Assembly: GCA_038998335.1 (NCBI GenBank)
Contig: JAVZHQ010000002.1
Span: forward strand, 64,001 to 128,000
Origin: Candidatus Aenigmatarchaeota archaeon
Lineage (GTDB): Archaea; Aenigmatarchaeota; Aenigmatarchaeia; CG10238-14; SCSR01
Direction: 5' to 3'
Length of the DNA: 64,000 bases
How positions within the stretch are numbered: the first letter of the stretch is position 1; every line of letters begins with the position of its first letter. Below, one piece after another: positions 60,394 to 64,000 of this stretch. A program made the translations under genes and the position numbers. The notes beneath the pieces are model-generated. The model was not told where the DNA came from and did not search any database. It saw only the letters and a program-made list of their open reading frames with translations.

Positions 60394-60969
60394 TTAATTT
60401 TTTTCTAAACTCCTTCTTTTCATCTCTTCTTCCTTCTTTTTCATATAAGCTTCATAAATTATGTCAAATTTTTCCAAAATAGCTGATTGATGGGGTTTTT
60501 CGATTTTTTGAATAATTGTAGGAGATTGGTACATTTCTCCTAAAACTTTCATTAAATGAATTTTTACAAGTAAAAGCCTGTCTATATTCTTATCCAACCT
60601 TCCTCCATCCTTTACTTCATACCACTTAGCCACTTCAAGTCTTCTATCTATATCTTCAAGCTCATTCCACATTAAATTTATTAATTGCTCCACATTTCTT
60701 GTGTTATATTTTTTGATTATAATTTTTTTGAAAGCACAAATCGCTCCTGTCTGATAAAAGCTACACCTATCTCTTATATAGCAACTATCACAATCAATTA
60801 TTTTAAATCTTCTCGCTCTCATCCCATGCTTAAATGCTGCCAAATTTCCTTTTACAAACCTTCCTGTTTTAGGGTCTCTGTCAATCTGCTTTACAACTGT
60901 TTCTCTGCTATCCTTAATTTTATTTTCACCGTTTGTGTTTTCTTGACCAACGGTGACCATAAACATCAC
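60394..60969 (-). CDS. Terminase small subunit-like protein with Cys cluster
   Basis: 'RDPKTGRFVKGNLAAFKHG' resembles the GN..A.KHG motif of viral TerS; CxxC-x4-C-x8-C; helical C-terminus. Confidence 0.55.
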   Translation of the reverse strand: MMFMVTVGQENTNGENKIKDSRETVVKQIDRDPKTGRFVKGNLAAFKHGMRARRFKIIDCDSCYIRDRCSFYQTGAICAFKKIIIKKYNTRNVEQLINLMWNELEDIDRRLEVAKWYEVKDGGRLDKNIDRLLLVKIHLMKVLGEMYQSPTIIQKIEKPHQSAILEKFDIIYEAYMKKKEEEMKRRSLEKN

Positions 60970-62132
60970 TCCTCAAACAAATATTCCAAACCTCTCTCCT
61001 TGACCATTTGCCTAAAAACCTCTTTTACACTTTCGTCCCTATTTGCCAACACCAAAAGAAAATCTTTAACAAAATCATCAAAATCTTTCCTCACCTTTTC
61101 AGCTTCCAAAATCATTTTAATATCCAAAGGAGAGCCACACCTTTTACAAAAACTAAAAGATGATGGGTTGACTTCACCACATTTAAAACATTTCTTAACT
61201 TCCTTGTTCATAACTTCTAAGAGCTTTTCATCTATCTCCTTTCCTGATAAATGATAATAAACAGAAGCCATCTTGCTATCTTTAGTCCAACCGAATATTT
61301 CCTTCATCACAGCTTCTGGTAAATGTTTTGCTAAATGAGTAGCTCTTGCGTGTCTGAAAGCATGAGGATTCACTCTTTTTTTAATTCCAACTTTCTCAGC
61401 CAACTTTTTTAAAATAGATTCAACTTGCACATAGGTTATTAATCCTCGTTTGTTTTTGCCCAAAGATATCCACACATAAGCTTCTGGGTCGTTTCTTAAA
61501 GGATGTACATCTAACCAATTTTCTAATTCCTTAACATACTCTATTATTCTCACTCTTCTCATTCCAGTTTTTCCGTCAACTATTAACACACAGCCATGCT
61601 CATCAAAAATTATATTTTTAATTTTTAGGGAAAGCAACTCTCCTACTCTGCAACCCGATTCATAAAGTACGAGAACTAGGGCTTTATCTCTAAGATTGTT
61701 TGCTACTTTAGCCATCCTTTCTATTTCTTCTTTAGTCAAAATCTCTTCTGGTAAGAACTTGTTTTTCAACTTATGATTTAACTTAATCCATTCTACTTCT
61801 TCAGGATAAGTATTTGAGTTTCTCAACCATTTATAAAACCTCTTTAGCTCGCATTTAATCGCAGTTTTAGATTTCTCACTTCCGTACCTATTCTCTACTT
61901 CACTAACAACAGCTATGATATCCTCTTTTGTAGCTTCTGTAAATGGTTTGTTGAGAATTTTTGCTATCGTGGACAAAGCCCAAAGAACATTCCTCAAAGT
62001 AGCTTTTCTGAAGCCGTTTGCATTAAGAAGATTGAAGAACTTGAAGATAAGCTGTTTGTTCTCTTCGCATATAGAAGAGTTTTTAATTCTCTCAATATCT
62101 TTTTCCAAGCTTCTGGCAGTATTTAAGCTCAT
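60966..62132 (-). CDS. Tyrosine recombinase/integrase with C-terminal double zinc ribbon
   Basis: Catalytic set R (SGCRVGE), K (GKTG), HxxR (HAFRH), W (FGW), Y (SVYYH); CxxC...CxxC tail. Confidence 0.95.
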   Translation of the reverse strand: MSLNTARSLEKDIERIKNSSICEENKQLIFKFFNLLNANGFRKATLRNVLWALSTIAKILNKPFTEATKEDIIAVVSEVENRYGSEKSKTAIKCELKRFYKWLRNSNTYPEEVEWIKLNHKLKNKFLPEEILTKEEIERMAKVANNLRDKALVLVLYESGCRVGELLSLKIKNIIFDEHGCVLIVDGKTGMRRVRIIEYVKELENWLDVHPLRNDPEAYVWISLGKNKRGLITYVQVESILKKLAEKVGIKKRVNPHAFRHARATHLAKHLPEAVMKEIFGWTKDSKMASVYYHLSGKEIDEKLLEVMNKEVKKCFKCGEVNPSSFSFCKRCGSPLDIKMILEAEKVRKDFDDFVKDFLLVLANRDESVKEVFRQMVKERGLEYLFEE

Positions 62133-62171
62133 AATTTTGCCTACCTTCTTTTTAGCCTAAATATGCCAGAA

Positions 62172-62192
62172 GAAATAATACTAAATAACTAC
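62172..62192 (-). repeat. Right 21-bp inverted repeat of the element
   Basis: GAAATAATACTAAATAACTAC, exact reverse complement of 54960-54980. Confidence 0.95.
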
Positions 62193-62201
62193 CATAGCTT
62201 T

Positions 62202-62221
62202 ATGTAGTTAAGGCAAAGTAA
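62202..62221 (+). repeat. attR direct repeat (displaced original tuf 3' end)
   Basis: ATGTAGTTAAGGCAAAGTAA reads GTA GTT AAG GCA AAG TAA = VVKAK-stop. Confidence 0.9.
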
Positions 62222-62240
62222 TTCTTTTATTTTTTCTTTG
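62222..62240 (+). terminator. T-rich putative terminator of the pre-insertion tuf gene
   Basis: TTCTTTTATTTTTTCTTTG directly after the displaced stop codon. Confidence 0.5.
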
Positions 62241-62284
62241 TTGTTTATAATAAAAATTAGTAAAATTAAGATTTTCTCAAAAAA

Positions 62285-62461
62285 TTATTTCTGCTTGCTT
62301 GCAAAATAAGCTACCCCAATTCCTAGAAGTGCAAAAGCAAAAGCTATTACACCCAAAACCCAAGCTTGCTCTTTTGCGAATATCAAGAAGAAAAAAACTA
62401 TTGGTATAAATATACCTGCAAGAGCAGGAGCAATTCCAGTTATATCATGTTCTTTTTTCAT
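62285..62461 (-). CDS. Small two-TM protein, 58 aa; absent from ORF track
   Basis: Manual translation MKKEHDITGIAPALAGIFIPIVFFFLIFAKEQAWVLGVIAFAFALLGIGVAYFASKQK; outside the element. Confidence 0.7.
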   Translation of the reverse strand: MKKEHDITGIAPALAGIFIPIVFFFLIFAKEQAWVLGVIAFAFALLGIGVAYFASKQK

Positions 62462-62629
62462 ACTTAATGCTTGTTTTACAAGCTTATAAGCATTGTTTAA
62501 CTATCAAAAGTTCAAAACAAACTTGTAAGAATTAATCAAGATTCCCTAAAATATTTAAATAAGCTTTACAAATCAAAATTCTAGAAAAGTTTAAATAATT
62601 TAACTCAATAACACAAGAGAAGTGGTATT

Positions 62630-63763
62630 ATGAAAATTGATTTAGAAAACATAGCAAAAGAAGTTTTTAAGAAAAAACCTTTGGTAATAAAAAAAATAGA
62701 CAAAAATCTAATTAAAGTTTTCTATAAAGGTAAAAGTCCAAGAAACACACCAAAACCAATAATTCTTCCAAAAATAATAAATTTGGATGAAGAAATTATT
62801 GAGAATGTTGGAATGTACATTGGTGATGGAACTCTCTCACCAACCAGAAAACATCAAATAGAATTTACTACTATAGATGTAGACATGGCAAAAAAATTCC
62901 TCGATTTTTTAACGAAAAGATGGTGTGTTAAAATACAAAATATAACCTTTATTTTAAAGTACAACAAAGGAAACAAAAAAACAATAAAAGAAAAATGGAA
63001 AAAATATCTAAATGTCCCAAGTGAAAAACTTCTAGTTAAAAAAGAAACTAAATATAATGCTCGAGATTCTCTGACAATTATTGTTAACAGCTTGATTTTT
63101 ACTCAAGTATTCAAAAAATTTATTAAAAAATCACTACCATTAATTAAACTAAATTCTAAATTAATAAAAGCATTTCTAAGAGGAGAATTTGCAGCTGATG
63201 GAAAATTTATAGTAGAAAAAGATACCAATACCTACTATATCTCTGAAATAACCTTCTGTTATAACTATCCTAAAGAGTTATGGTTACGGAATTACTTAGT
63301 CGAATGCCTAACGAAAGAAGGAATAACAAAAATCAATGAAAACCGAAAAGGCTTTATTAGAATTACCGGCTGGAATAATTATTTTAAATTATGGAAGATG
63401 GGAATTTTTAACTGTTGTAAGAGAAAAAAAGAAAAATTTCTATCAACGATTAAACAATCAAAAATTCATCTTATGGTAGATGTTGAAACAATTAAACAAA
63501 TTATAAATTCTTCGAGTCTGACCAAAAAGGCCATAGCAAATAAAGTTGGTATAAATAGATCAAATCTTTTTAGAGTTCTAAATGGTAAACAACTTATGAC
63601 AATTGAACAATTTAATGCACTTACTCAATTAATTGATAATCATTTAAATACTTATCAAAATCAAATAAGTAAAATTAGGATTGGTAAACTTACTTATTTG
63701 CCATTTTCCCGAGAATTTATAAATTTTGTTGCAAAAGAAAAATTGATAAAAGGTGATAGGTAA
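62630..63763 (+). CDS. Free-standing double-motif LAGLIDADG endonuclease with C-terminal HTH
   Basis: Motifs 'ENVGMYIGDG' and 'AFLRGEFAADG'; XRE-like HTH 'LTKKAIANKVGINRSNLFRVLNGK'. Confidence 0.85.
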   Translation: MKIDLENIAKEVFKKKPLVIKKIDKNLIKVFYKGKSPRNTPKPIILPKIINLDEEIIENVGMYIGDGTLSPTRKHQIEFTTIDVDMAKKFLDFLTKRWCVKIQNITFILKYNKGNKKTIKEKWKKYLNVPSEKLLVKKETKYNARDSLTIIVNSLIFTQVFKKFIKKSLPLIKLNSKLIKAFLRGEFAADGKFIVEKDTNTYYISEITFCYNYPKELWLRNYLVECLTKEGITKINENRKGFIRITGWNNYFKLWKMGIFNCCKRKKEKFLSTIKQSKIHLMVDVETIKQIINSSSLTKKAIANKVGINRSNLFRVLNGKQLMTIEQFNALTQLIDNHLNTYQNQISKIRIGKLTYLPFSREFINFVAKEKLIKGDR

Positions 63764-64000
63764 ATGCAAATAGCAAGAATAAAACTTTTAGGAAGAGACC
63801 CAAAAGAATTGGATAGCATTTGCAATGAAATAAAGGAAATAGCAAAAAAATTAGGTGTAGATTATAGAGGACCGATTCCCTTACCAACAAAAAAATTGAA
63901 AGTAGTAACTATGAAAACTCCTTGTGGCGACGGGACACTAAACTAGACATCTAGTTTAGCCCGAAAGGCCATGGAAATGCTACTTTTGATAGATGGGAGA
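63764..64000 (+). CDS. rpsJ: 30S ribosomal protein uS10, interrupted by a putative intron; runs off the window end
   Basis: 'MQIARIKL...[10 protein letters not shown]...TPCGDGT'; after removing 63937-63965 the frame continues [11 protein letters not shown]. Confidence 0.93.
63937..63965 (+). other. Putative 29-nt BHB/BHL-type mRNA intron in rpsJ
   Basis: CGGG[AC|A]CTAAACTAG-ACAT-CTAGTTTAG-CCCG[AA|A]; contains an in-frame TAG; excision restores the frame. Confidence 0.85.

Larger units (their letters stand above)
54944..62208. mobile_element. Integrative element (7258 bp between cores) inserted in the 3' end of tuf
   Basis: Imperfect 20-bp direct repeats with identical 7-bp core ATGTAGT (54944-54950, 62202-62208); 21-bp perfect internal inverted repeats; tyrosine integrase next to the right end; restriction-modification cargo. 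Confidence 0.9.

Noticed and set aside
54960-62192. 21-bp inverted repeats as TIRs of a DDE transposon or casposon
   Set aside because: No DDE transposase or Cas1 and no target-site duplication at the repeat edges; the repeats lie inside att-type direct repeats next to a tyrosine integrase.
62630-63763. LAGLIDADG gene as part of the tuf-integrated element or as an intein
   Set aside because: It lies beyond attR and a host-like small gene, has its own start and stop, and lacks intein terminal residues.
63764-63946. rpsJ as a truncated 60-aa pseudogene
   Set aside because: The downstream sequence continues with conserved uS10 residues, and the interruption is a structured insert whose BHB-rule excision restores the frame.
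1-64000. CRISPR array
   Set aside because: No regularly spaced repeats with unique spacers and no cas genes were seen.

Overview
Core-genome window of an AT-rich archaeon. The gene content (split RpoB and RpoA, class I LysRS, Orc1/Cdc6, thermosome, type IV pilus cluster, intron-rich tRNAs) looks DPANN-like, possibly Aenigmarchaeota; this is inference. The window holds a pilus locus, tRNA-processing and translation genes, 7 tRNA genes (6 with introns, 9 introns in total), a stand-alone 5S rRNA and the rpoH-rpoB-rpoA-eL30-nusA-uS12-uS7-EF2-EF1a operon. Main findings: (1) the uS10 gene (rpsJ) is interrupted by a 29-nt insert with bulge-helix-bulge/loop geometry whose removal restores the frame, i.e. 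a candidate tRNA-type intron in an essential mRNA, directly downstream of a free-standing LAGLIDADG gene; (2) a 7.26-kb tyrosine-integrase element is inserted in the last codons of tuf, rebuilds the EF-1a C-terminus with synonymous codons, has a near-palindromic attP and carries a PabI-like restriction system and a TerS-like gene; (3) a tRNA-Ile with a UAU anticodon, a triple-intron initiator tRNA, and a uS12 with altered decoding-centre motifs; (4) a repeated palindromic motif upstream of the thermosome gene and between an HTH regulator and tRNA-Ile. All calls come from reading the sequence; no database searches were run.
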